Positions 8,819 to 17,140 of a stretch of 32,000 bases of DNA are shown piece by piece. Source of the DNA: Candidatus Scalindua sp. (GTDB lineage: Bacteria; Planctomycetota; Brocadiia; Brocadiales; Scalinduaceae); the NCBI GenBank assembly GCA_031316235.1, contig JALDRA010000001.1:2370001-2402000 (forward strand), written 5' to 3'. Made by a program: the position numbers and the translations under genes. The notes beneath the pieces are model-generated. The model was not told the DNA's origin. It ran no database searches and saw only the letters and a list, made by a program, of their open reading frames with translations. How positions within the stretch are numbered: the stretch's first letter is position 1; the number at the start of each line of letters is the position of its first letter.

Positions 8819-10816
8819 TCAGCGCATTGATTCGAGGAGATATTCCAGAACTTTATCAGGGCGATAGAGTTTTTTCGTAGTCAGGAAATACGGCAACATA
8901 ACAGGAGGATCGATCATTTTTCGCTGAATGAGTTCATTAATTATATCCAGATACTCGAACGAGGTTTTGCCGACAAATAATGGACTTATATCACAGATTT
9001 TGAATTGCTGCAATGCCATCCGTAACCCTCTTAAATATAAGAAATCTTTTGTAAAACCTCCACCACGATAGACACGAGCGGTTATTTTGAAGGCTTCATT
9101 CTGATTTAAGGCATAATCATCCACCAGGATCTTGAATGTTCGGGAAAAATCGTAGTCTTTTATCATCATTTTAACGGCAATTACTCTCAATGCGAGCACT
9201 TTCAACCGCTGCAACGTTAAATTGCCTGTCATGTATTCACTTAATACTGCAAGACCCTCCTGTGTGCAGGTATTACCGGGTAATCCCAACCTGAAAATTT
9301 TCAGTTTCTGGTTTTCACTATTAACTGTTGTCAACATATGCACTTCCAGTTCATGATGAATCAATGCATTGAGTTCTCTTTTATTAATGCAGGCAGCCCT
9401 GTTAATCAGAATCAATCTGCTTGTTGATTTTACCATTGCGTTTGCAATAATGTTGTCGGTCAAAAGAACCCGACACTTTATCAGATGCTTATCAATAGCA
9501 GCGAGAAATGCATCTCTTATCCCTGCGGCATCTATCGTACTCGCTTCGTTTGGCTCAAACTCTTTAGCAAACAGCAGAAATTCCGCCGTCTTATTATCAT
9601 TCTCTGATGGTTCTCCATAATAACGCAACGAGTTATAGAGAAACTTTTCTTTACCTACTGATGCTATCAGGTCTACTTTTATGGCATAGGCATCAATAAC
9701 ATCCCGATAAAACTGCTGAATACTGACATCACGAATATCATCAACCGGTAAACGATAAAGTTTTTCCCGAAATTCATAGGGGTTGATATCCAGATGCTTA
9801 TAAGTAAATGAGGGGACATAGTTGTAATTTTTTGAAAAGAAACGCTTTTTCTCCACCGCTATGTTTTGTGGATTAATATACGTTAAGGTTTCAATCCCCC
9901 TGGCAAGATGATACAGCTGTTTATCCAGGTTGAGAATCGATGACTCCAGGTTTGAGGATAAAAGTACCGCTTTTTTCGAGTGATTTTTATTCGTGTGATA
10001 TTTAGAGAAGTAAAGAGCGGTTTTTAAAATGGACTGTTTCAATACTTCTTTTAATTCAGGTAAAACCAGTGGGTATACATCACCGGTATTTTCCTTCATA
10101 AATATTTTTTTGACTTCGGTTGGCAATACCAAGGTATTACGAAAATGTTGCCTGACAAAGTTAGCAAGGTAACCCCGCCCGAAAAACACTTCATCAGTTG
10201 CGGAACGCACATCAACATTGTGAAGAGTAGTCTTGTTAAGAGTTTTATTCCAATGCTGAATTACCGAATTCCACCGATGTTTGTTCAGTTGTTCAGTGCC
10301 GATATTAAAAACAGGTGTGTCGGTTATCGTTAATCTTTGGTAATTGTAGGAATGAATATCATAGATCAAACAGGATCCGAACTGTGACTGCAGCTTCTCT
10401 AAAAGCACACTAAGGATTCGATAAAAAACATGATGTTTGTGTTGGCTTGTTTTGCATTCATCTTCTGTCAACGGGGAGCTCCAGACAGATTTTCCCCATG
10501 CCCGCTCATATACACACTGTTCCGGGGAACGGTTTAAATCATATTCATAGCGAGAATCAAGAGCAACCAGCGTAATCGGCAGGGAAGAGATTAAATCACC
10601 GGTAAAAGGGTCTTCTTCGTATAAACGTTCCGCTTCATCCAGTGCGCATTTATTAACTAACTCCTGGCGTAAACGGTGCCCATTGTGAATTGCGGTACAG
10701 ATAAAGAAACTGTACTCATCAATCTTGAGAGAGAATGATCCGCCTTCTATTTCAGCCTGAAAAGTCTCTCCATTTTTTATTGCCTCAATGCAGGCACGCT
10801 CAGACAACAATTGCAT
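8819..10816 (-). CDS. Fusion protein: N-formylglutamate-amidohydrolase-like (FGase) domain plus DUF1704 / QEGLA-motif (MATCAP-like) putative metallopeptidase domain
   Basis: The listed ORF starts at TTG 10822. The ATG at 10816 has AGGTGA 6 nt upstream. The N-terminal half carries FGase-like motifs (FICTAIHNGHRL, CLIYDIHSYN). The C-terminal half carries HELEVH (nt 9338-9355) and QEGLA (nt 9248-9262). It overlaps the upstream ligase gene by 17 nt. Confidence 0.75.
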   Translation of the reverse strand: MQLLSERACIEAIKNGETFQAEIEGGSFSLKIDEYSFFICTAIHNGHRLRQELVNKCALDEAERLYEEDPFTGDLISSLPITLVALDSRYEYDLNRSPEQCVYERAWGKSVWSSPLTEDECKTSQHKHHVFYRILSVLLEKLQSQFGSCLIYDIHSYNYQRLTITDTPVFNIGTEQLNKHRWNSVIQHWNKTLNKTTLHNVDVRSATDEVFFGRGYLANFVRQHFRNTLVLPTEVKKIFMKENTGDVYPLVLPELKEVLKQSILKTALYFSKYHTNKNHSKKAVLLSSNLESSILNLDKQLYHLARGIETLTYINPQNIAVEKKRFFSKNYNYVPSFTYKHLDINPYEFREKLYRLPVDDIRDVSIQQFYRDVIDAYAIKVDLIASVGKEKFLYNSLRYYGEPSENDNKTAEFLLFAKEFEPNEASTIDAAGIRDAFLAAIDKHLIKCRVLLTDNIIANAMVKSTSRLILINRAACINKRELNALIHHELEVHMLTTVNSENQKLKIFRLGLPGNTCTQEGLAVLSEYMTGNLTLQRLKVLALRVIAVKMMIKDYDFSRTFKILVDDYALNQNEAFKITARVYRGGGFTKDFLYLRGLRMALQQFKICDISPLFVGKTSFEYLDIINELIQRKMIDPPVMLPYFLTTKKLYRPDKVLEYLLESMR

Positions 10817-11837
10817 CTTCAATCACCTGCTTAAATTCAGTTTTTCTGATTTTCAACGTTTCCTTGGAAATGACGACACCTTCAACAAAGTCAATTACCT
10901 GTTTTTGTAATTTTGTCCGATTCAGTCGATTTATGCGCACAATGCCACCCGGACTTAATACATTCACCTCAATGAGCTTGCCGTTAATTACATCAATGCC
11001 TACAAAAAAAAGTCCGTCTCTGATAAGTTTGACACCAATATGCCTGCATAATGCTTTTTCAGCTTTTGTTAAATTGTGTTTAACTACCGTACCTCCGGCG
11101 TGAATATTAGAACGGATATCCCCTTGGGCCGGTATACGCCGCATAGCGCCAATCGGTTCAGCATTCAGCATCAGAATGCGGATATCGCCTTGATCTGCGC
11201 CTTCAACATATTCTTGTAAAATCACATAGTTTCCGCCTTCACGACTGTTGATATAAAATTCAAGCAGCGAATGGAAGCTCTGCTGTGCGTGTTTTTCAAT
11301 TAAAATAATACCTCTGCCACCATACCCATCCAGTGGTTTCATAATCATCTTATCGGTCTTGGACTCTCTTAAAACCTCTTCTAAATACTCTATGTTTTTT
11401 GAGACATGCGTGACCGGAATAAATTTGTTTCCAGGGTCATCAAAGGCTGAGGTATAGAGTTTATTATTGGCAATTCGCAGCCCATCAATATCATTCATAA
11501 TAAATACGTCGTTACGCACTGAATCGAGAAAGTTGAGTGCGATGGGATTTAAAGGGGGCTCACAACGCATAATGATGGCATCAAAACCGGCCAAAGGCAG
11601 CCTTGACTTTCTAAATTCTGCTTTTTTGTAGAAACTTACAATATTGCCGGGAATAACAGCTTTTTTTTTCAAGATATGACACAGTGCACTTGAAACAGTA
11701 TCCCGCATTGTCAAGTTGCTCGGCGTAGCCACAGCTACGGTGTGTTTTCTTGTAAAGGCCTCATGGATAAGTCGAAGCGTAGTATCCGTTTCAGCCTCAA
11801 TCTTGGACCACGGATACATTAAAAAGAGAATATTCAT
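10800..11837 (-). CDS. Glutathione-synthetase-like (GshB family) ATP-grasp ligase
   Basis: 345 aa. Collinear with E. coli GshB as I remember it: DAIIMRCEPP vs DVILMRKDPP, NNKLYTSAF vs NEKLFTAWF, MIMKPLDGYGGRGI vs IILKPLDGMGGASI, GDIRILMLNAEP vs GDKRVLVVDGEP, RIPAQGDIRSNIHAGG vs RIPQGGETRGNLAAGG, FVGIDVINGKLIEVNVLSPGG vs FVGLDIIGDRLTEINVTSPTC. GGGGAGAA lies upstream of the ATG. Confidence 0.85.
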   Translation of the reverse strand: MNILFLMYPWSKIEAETDTTLRLIHEAFTRKHTVAVATPSNLTMRDTVSSALCHILKKKAVIPGNIVSFYKKAEFRKSRLPLAGFDAIIMRCEPPLNPIALNFLDSVRNDVFIMNDIDGLRIANNKLYTSAFDDPGNKFIPVTHVSKNIEYLEEVLRESKTDKMIMKPLDGYGGRGIILIEKHAQQSFHSLLEFYINSREGGNYVILQEYVEGADQGDIRILMLNAEPIGAMRRIPAQGDIRSNIHAGGTVVKHNLTKAEKALCRHIGVKLIRDGLFFVGIDVINGKLIEVNVLSPGGIVRINRLNRTKLQKQVIDFVEGVVISKETLKIRKTEFKQVIEDAIVV

Positions 11838-12036
11838 GAAAGGTTCTCCCCTGGTTATCTGAAAAAGCAGTTTTGCGTAGAGAAGAAAAGATATTTTTTT
11901 CCCGTTCGCCTCTTCAAAAAGTTTGGTTCATTATTTGTAAATTCTTCGTTGTTTTATGATCACATGAACAATTGGAATGGCCAGCATAAAGATCCAGCAG
12001 GATAACGGGAGGCAGTCATCCCAATTGAGAAAACTA

Positions 12037-12065
12037 TTGCAATCGCACTAATATTAGCCTACTAT
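12037..12065 (+). promoter_or_regulatory. Candidate sigma70-type promoter for the GDH gene
   Basis: TTGCAA (12037-12042), a 17-nt spacer, then TACTAT (12060-12065), about 35 nt upstream of the ATG at 12100. It overlaps the 11-mer TATACTCATCT, which is also the head of the repeat family. Confidence 0.3.
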
Positions 12066-12099
12066 ACTCATCTTTTTATCAAAATTCTAGATAATACTT

Positions 12100-13515
12100 A
12101 TGGAATCAATTCTTCCTTTTTTTGAACAGGTAAATATTCATTTCGACAAAGCCGCAAGATACACAAATTATGCTCCCGGTATATTGGAGGAGATTAAGGT
12201 TTGCAACAGTGTCTACCACATGACGTTTCCCCTCAAACGAGATGACGGCACGATTGAAACCATTCACGCGTGGAGGGCAGAACACAGCCACCATAAATTA
12301 CCCACAAAGGGTGGAATTCGTTTTAGCACCCTGGTGAACGAAGATGAGATAATGGCACTTGCCGCATTAATGACGTATAAGTGCGCTGTTGTAGATGTCC
12401 CCTTTGGTGGAGCAAAAGGCGGCATTCAAATCAACGTTGAAAAATATTCAGTGGGAGAACTTGAACGTATTACCCGACGTTATACGTATGAACTGGTCAA
12501 TAAAAACTTCATTGGTCCCGGCATTGATGTGCCGGCACCGGATTATGGTACGGGGGAACGTGAAATGGCGTGGATCCTGGACACATACAACGCAATGACT
12601 CCGGACAAACTTGACGCCCTCGCGTGTGTGACGGGTAAACCGATAGAACAGGGAGGTATGCACGGGAGGAAAGAAGCGACCGGTCTTGGAGTATATTATG
12701 GCCTCCGTGAAGTGTGCAGTTTTGTGGAAGATATGAAAGCACTTGGTCTTCTTCCCGGTTTAGAGGGAAAATCGGTCGTGATTCAAGGATTTGGGAATGT
12801 AGGCTACCATGCTGCAAAATTCCTGATGGAAGGAGGAGCGATCATCACGGGATTGGCTGAATATACAGGAGCCATTCATAATAGCAGAGGGTTGGATGTA
12901 GAAAAAGTCAACTCATACCGCAACGAGAATGGTTCGATCCTGAATTTTCCCGGTGCCACGACATTGGCAAATCCGTCAGATGTGCTTGAATTGGAATGTG
13001 ATATTCTGGTTCCTGCTGCCCTTGAAAATCAGATTACCAGCAATAATGTCAATCGTATTAAAGCCCGAATCATTGCAGAAGCGGCAAACGGGCCGGTTAC
13101 TCCGGCTGCGCACGATCTTCTCCTGAAAAAGGGTGTTCTTGTTATCCCTGACACCTATTTAAATGCCGGAGGGGTAACTGTTTCGTATTTTGAATGGCTT
13201 AAAAACCTGTCTCATGTTCGTTTTGGACGGATGGGAAGACGTTTCCAGGAAAATAGCAGCAAGGATTTTATTGTGGCGATAGAGAAGATTACGGGAAAAA
13301 AATTTCCGAAAGAGGAATTAATAAAACTGGTGCATGGCCCCGAAGAGAAAACATTAGCAAAATCCGCCCTTGAAGACACTATGACTGTAGCTTACAACGA
13401 AATCCGGGAAACCAGAAACCAGCACGGCTCAAGCGTCGACTTGCGGACAGCTTCCTTTATCAAGGCAATTCACAAGGTTGCCTGTTCTTATATGGAACTG
13501 GGAATTTTTCCATAA
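12100..13515 (+). CDS. Glutamate dehydrogenase, animal GLUD1-like subtype with an antenna-like insertion
   Basis: [92 protein letters not shown]. There are 80 residues between YFEW and DLRTA, against 38 in the second GDH in this window. Confidence 0.92.
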   Translation: MESILPFFEQVNIHFDKAARYTNYAPGILEEIKVCNSVYHMTFPLKRDDGTIETIHAWRAEHSHHKLPTKGGIRFSTLVNEDEIMALAALMTYKCAVVDVPFGGAKGGIQINVEKYSVGELERITRRYTYELVNKNFIGPGIDVPAPDYGTGEREMAWILDTYNAMTPDKLDALACVTGKPIEQGGMHGRKEATGLGVYYGLREVCSFVEDMKALGLLPGLEGKSVVIQGFGNVGYHAAKFLMEGGAIITGLAEYTGAIHNSRGLDVEKVNSYRNENGSILNFPGATTLANPSDVLELECDILVPAALENQITSNNVNRIKARIIAEAANGPVTPAAHDLLLKKGVLVIPDTYLNAGGVTVSYFEWLKNLSHVRFGRMGRRFQENSSKDFIVAIEKITGKKFPKEELIKLVHGPEEKTLAKSALEDTMTVAYNEIRETRNQHGSSVDLRTASFIKAIHKVACSYMELGIFP

Positions 13516-13554
13516 AACAGCTTTAATCTTACTCACCATTTAAACAGCGGCAGC

Positions 13555-13695
13555 ATACGCTAAAACCGATTCGGTTTACGGTTTTACTGGAAACCAAATC
13601 CTGGTGAAGGTATCCCCGGACAAAAAACACCGAGGACTTGTACTCGCTCAATTTTTTCTCGGATTGTATCCGAAATCCAGTATGAGATGAGTATA
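13555..13695 (-). repeat. Intergenic three-hairpin repeat, copy 4 (full-length long form)
   Basis: 141 nt. It fills most of the gap between the convergent GDH (stop 13515) and GH13 (stop 13749) genes. About 85 percent identical by eye to copy 2. Confidence 0.9.
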
Positions 13696-13748
13696 AATGA
13701 AAAGCATTCACCTCTTATCGATTATGGATTACCTTTCCATCAAAACGT

Positions 13749-15494
13749 TTAATTTTCCTTGTGCTTTTTCAACCAAACCATCTGATAGGAATCCAATGTC
13801 AATTTCTTACTATGGATTTTTGTATGTGTGAGAATGTCAACCAGAGGTTCAGGTTCCTCAAAGGGAAGAGTAATTTCCACGCACTTCCCGTCAAAATTAA
13901 ATAGTGCAAGCACAAACTCAATCTCATCTTTAGCGTATCTTTTTATAGCAAATACCTTGCTCCCCAGATCAGGGATCTCAAATTTGTTGAGTGGATGAAA
14001 GGCCTCTTCGTTTATTCTTATGGACAAGAGCTGTTTATATCTTTTAAAGAGAATCTTTTGCAGGCTCCCCTCTTCTTCAAGCAGCTCTTTTAAATTGTCG
14101 TAATTTAATCTGTCTCTGTTAATGGATCTGTTGATTCTCGTTTTTCTCACCGCTTCAGGATAATTATGGGAACCAACTAATGAGTGAAAATAGATGCCGG
14201 GAACTCCCGGCATTACGAGCACAACTGCCTGTGAGAGTATCATTCTTTTTACCCTGACATTATCATCCTCCTTCGGATCTGTCAGCAAATCCAGATAACT
14301 GCAATTTAACTCGTAAGGAGACACCTCTTCATCGCCAATTGCCCTGTATGATACCAGCCCCCCATGCTCAACAGTTGATTGCACCAGAAATTCCATCTCG
14401 TTTTCGTCTAAAATCTCATTTACCGCTCTTACACCGACACCGTCATGACTTGCAGTAAAATTAAAAAAACATACCCCGCTATCCGGGAGAGTCAGCTCTT
14501 TTGCCCAATGGGTAAGCTTTGTTGTATCTGATTTTAATATGGAAAACGCTAAAAGGGGAGGAAGCGCAAAATTGTAAACCATTTGAGCCTCGTCATCACC
14601 CCCTCCAAAGTATGAGACATTTTCACCATGAGGTACATTTGTCTCTGTTATTATTATGACCTCAGGTGCAACTGCATGCATAACTTCGCGCATAAGCTGA
14701 ATCAACTCGTGGGTCTTCGGGTGGTGAACACAAGGTGTTCCGAACTCTTTCCATATAAAAGCAATTGCATCAAGTCTGATAAGTGATGCGCCTTTCTCGA
14801 TATAAAAAAGCAGTACGTCTAAAATCTTGAGTAATACTTTATAATTAGCATAATTCAAATCCACCTGATCATTACTGAATGTTGTCCAGATGTTTCTGAT
14901 TTTTGCCTCATCATCGATAAACTCAGTTAAAAGAGGAGAGGTTCTTGGTCTTACAACTTTAGATAAATCTGTACTCGGATCAACATCGATGAAAAAGTTT
15001 TCAAACGCGGGGGTATTCGCCAGATAATCAGTAAACCATCGGTTTAACTGTGATACGTGATTAACGACACAGTCAAACATTATCCGATAACTCTTCTTGA
15101 TCTCTCCTATGTCTTTCCAGGAGCCCTTGAGCGGGCAGACACCTTTATGGTTCACAATTGAAAAACCATCATCGGAAGAGTAAGGGTAAAATGGTAAAAT
15201 ATGTACCGTGTTTATCGCATCCTGTACATACTCATTTAAGAATCTTCGTAAGGTAGCAAGTGCAGTTTCGCCTTGATGAAAAACCTGATCTCCGTAAGTT
15301 ATGAGGATAATATCCTTCTGGGTCAAGTAATACGGGACACTTTCCACTCTCTGTTTGTACTTGAAGATTAAGGCGAGAATCTTCTCATAAGCCCTTGCAG
15401 CATCCTCCTGAGAATAGATAAATTTCAATGACTCTTCGATGAGTTTTAATCTATTTTCTGTAGTATGCCGAACATAATGCTCTTCATTAGCCAT
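13749..15494 (-). CDS. GH13_18 sugar phosphorylase (sucrose-phosphorylase family, YcjM/glucosylglycerate-phosphorylase-like)
   Basis: 581 aa. ILITYGDQ, VHILPFYPYSSDDGFS, DCVVNHVS, IRLDAIAFIWK (nucleophile Asp), IITETNVPHGEN (acid/base Glu), FTASHDGVGV. Substrate cannot be assigned from sequence. Confidence 0.85.
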   Translation of the reverse strand: MANEEHYVRHTTENRLKLIEESLKFIYSQEDAARAYEKILALIFKYKQRVESVPYYLTQKDIILITYGDQVFHQGETALATLRRFLNEYVQDAINTVHILPFYPYSSDDGFSIVNHKGVCPLKGSWKDIGEIKKSYRIMFDCVVNHVSQLNRWFTDYLANTPAFENFFIDVDPSTDLSKVVRPRTSPLLTEFIDDEAKIRNIWTTFSNDQVDLNYANYKVLLKILDVLLFYIEKGASLIRLDAIAFIWKEFGTPCVHHPKTHELIQLMREVMHAVAPEVIIITETNVPHGENVSYFGGGDDEAQMVYNFALPPLLAFSILKSDTTKLTHWAKELTLPDSGVCFFNFTASHDGVGVRAVNEILDENEMEFLVQSTVEHGGLVSYRAIGDEEVSPYELNCSYLDLLTDPKEDDNVRVKRMILSQAVVLVMPGVPGIYFHSLVGSHNYPEAVRKTRINRSINRDRLNYDNLKELLEEEGSLQKILFKRYKQLLSIRINEEAFHPLNKFEIPDLGSKVFAIKRYAKDEIEFVLALFNFDGKCVEITLPFEEPEPLVDILTHTKIHSKKLTLDSYQMVWLKKHKEN

Positions 15495-15760
15495 AGGGTA
15501 AACTGTCCTTCTTAAAAAAGAATCCTATAATAATTTTTTCCTGCGAGGATGTCAACAGTGGAATGTTCTGCTTTCTCTACTACAAGCCCAAACGCAATCC
15601 ATTTATTCAGCATGATACCTGCTGCGTTGCCGGCTGAAAAACCTTTAACAAGGGCGCGGTAGCTGGTATCTCCATGCTCCCGCTGCAGACTCTTATCGCA
15701 TTTGTTTCTAGCCAGCTGGTATGCATATTATTTCAGCGGGAATCAGTGTCCTGGAAGAGT

Positions 15761-15796
15761 AAAAAAAGGGGGAAGTGCTGCAACCCCGCTTCCCCC
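15761..15796 (-). terminator. Rho-independent terminator (minus strand)
   Basis: The minus strand reads GGGGGAAG-cggggttgcagca-CTTCCCCC followed by TTTTTTT. It begins 18 nt downstream of the small ORF stop. Confidence 0.8.
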
Positions 15797-15813
15797 GTCC
15801 CCTGAGAATTCAA

Positions 15814-15930
15814 TTACTCTTTCTTGTCAGAAAATTTCTGCTTGCGAGCCCTTTTATACTTCATATTTTTTGAATTCTTTTTAAGCCTGCCGGGCTTCTT
15901 ACCAAGATCATCCTCAAAATCTTTTTCCAT
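15814..15930 (-). CDS. Small (38 aa) lysine-rich protein, unlisted ORF
   Basis: MEKDFEDDLGKKPGRLKKNSKNMKYKRARKQKFSDKKE. GGAGGA sits 5 nt upstream of the ATG. The ORF starts 52 nt after the HMA gene stop and is followed by a strong terminator. It is below the ORF-track size cutoff. Confidence 0.5.
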   Translation of the reverse strand: MEKDFEDDLGKKPGRLKKNSKNMKYKRARKQKFSDKKE

Positions 15931-15982
15931 CGTATTCCTCCAGACAAAATTGTTATAAAAATAGTTCTCATTAAAAAGGGGC

Positions 15983-16426
15983 TTACTCCTCTTCGAGAAC
16001 AGAAAATCCTGCCCTATTTACCACCGCTACAACTTCATCATAATCAACCTCAAACACATTCACTTTGATAATGGCCTCAGATTCTTTATAGCTGACACTT
16101 GCCTCTTTAATACCGTGGCATGCTAAAAAGGCGGTTTTTAAAGTCTCTTCGCACCTGCCACAAGTCATACCTTTAATTTTCAGTACAATTTCTTCTATTT
16201 CTTCATCCTCGATATCAGCATTGTCCGGGAATCCCGGCTCAACATCTTCTTCCATGAGCTCATCCTCTTCATAGGTGCGTGTTTCATCATTCTCATATTG
16301 TTGTGTGAATCCATCTTTATCTTTCAGTAAAGATGAGCCGTCTGCCGTGCGTATTCCCATCACTGCTCCCAGAAGTAATAAAATAACTGATTGATAAACA
16401 AGGCTTACATATCTATCCACCGACAT
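15983..16426 (-). CDS. Membrane-anchored heavy-metal-associated (HMA) domain protein
   Basis: N-terminal TM segment YQSVILLLLGAVMGI. Acidic linker EEDELMEEDVEPGFPDNADIEDEEIEE. HMA fold with GMTCGRCE. GGAGGGGGG lies upstream of the ATG. Confidence 0.85.
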   Translation of the reverse strand: MSVDRYVSLVYQSVILLLLGAVMGIRTADGSSLLKDKDGFTQQYENDETRTYEEDELMEEDVEPGFPDNADIEDEEIEEIVLKIKGMTCGRCEETLKTAFLACHGIKEASVSYKESEAIIKVNVFEVDYDEVVAVVNRAGFSVLEEE

Positions 16427-16583
16427 ACACTTTCCCCCCTCCTGATACCGAAAATTTTAAATTACGCGGGTCTGATCCATCGTACTGTTACTGTTATTTT
16501 CTCTGCCCAATGAAGATTCCGCAGGAGTTCAAAAATGATATATGTATGAATAGTCATTAGCTTTTCCTTGTAAGAATTTTCGT

Positions 16584-16620
16584 TGAAGAGATCATTACTG
16601 TGAGAGTAATGATCTCTTCA
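16584..16620. other. Perfect 16-bp stem / 5-nt loop hairpin
   Basis: TGAAGAGATCATTACT-gtgag-AGTAATGATCTCTTCA. No U-tract follows on either strand. Confidence 0.8.
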
Positions 16621-16743
16621 CCTTGATGCAACAAAAATCATGCCAATTGAATTGTATTCTATGGCAGGTACTTAAACCATTGTTTACCATTGTTCGAAAG
16701 AAAAAAATTTGTATTTAATAAGTGGTTCTGCTTAGATTGATAA

Positions 16744-16797
16744 CGCCAATATGGCATGGTATTTATTGAAATTGGTTTCCTTCAGGCCATATTGGCG
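16744..16797. other. 12-bp inverted repeat with a 30-nt spacer
   Basis: CGCCAATATGGC (16744-16755) and GCCATATTGGCG (16786-16797). Confidence 0.7.
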
Positions 16798-16931
16798 CTA
16801 TACTCCTCTGTTTTTGCAGGGAAATATGGTTACATTTCCGTAAATTTAATGAAGAGAAAGGATACAAAATAAACGATATCAATAAAAATGCCATGCAGAT
16901 ATTATTAAATTATACCTGGCCCCAGTAGTGT

Positions 16932-16950
16932 CCGATCTGGTTTTAGTATA
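16932..16950 (+). repeat. Solo terminal fragment of the repeat family
   Basis: CCGATCTGGTTTTAGTATA resembles the 3' terminus CCAGATCGGTTTTAGTATA of copy 2. Confidence 0.45.
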
Positions 16951-17140
16951 TTTATCTCTCTTCGCTGGTAATTTTGAGAAACAGGAAGATTTTTGAGTAA
17001 ATAAAAAATCCGGGAGTTCAGGAAAAAAAGTAGCCAATTGGAATCAGATTTGGTAGATTGGACATCAGGTAAGAGCTATACGATACAAATGCGCTGTGAA
17101 GGGAAAACCGACTGCACCCTTAACGCGCAGGAACACCCTG

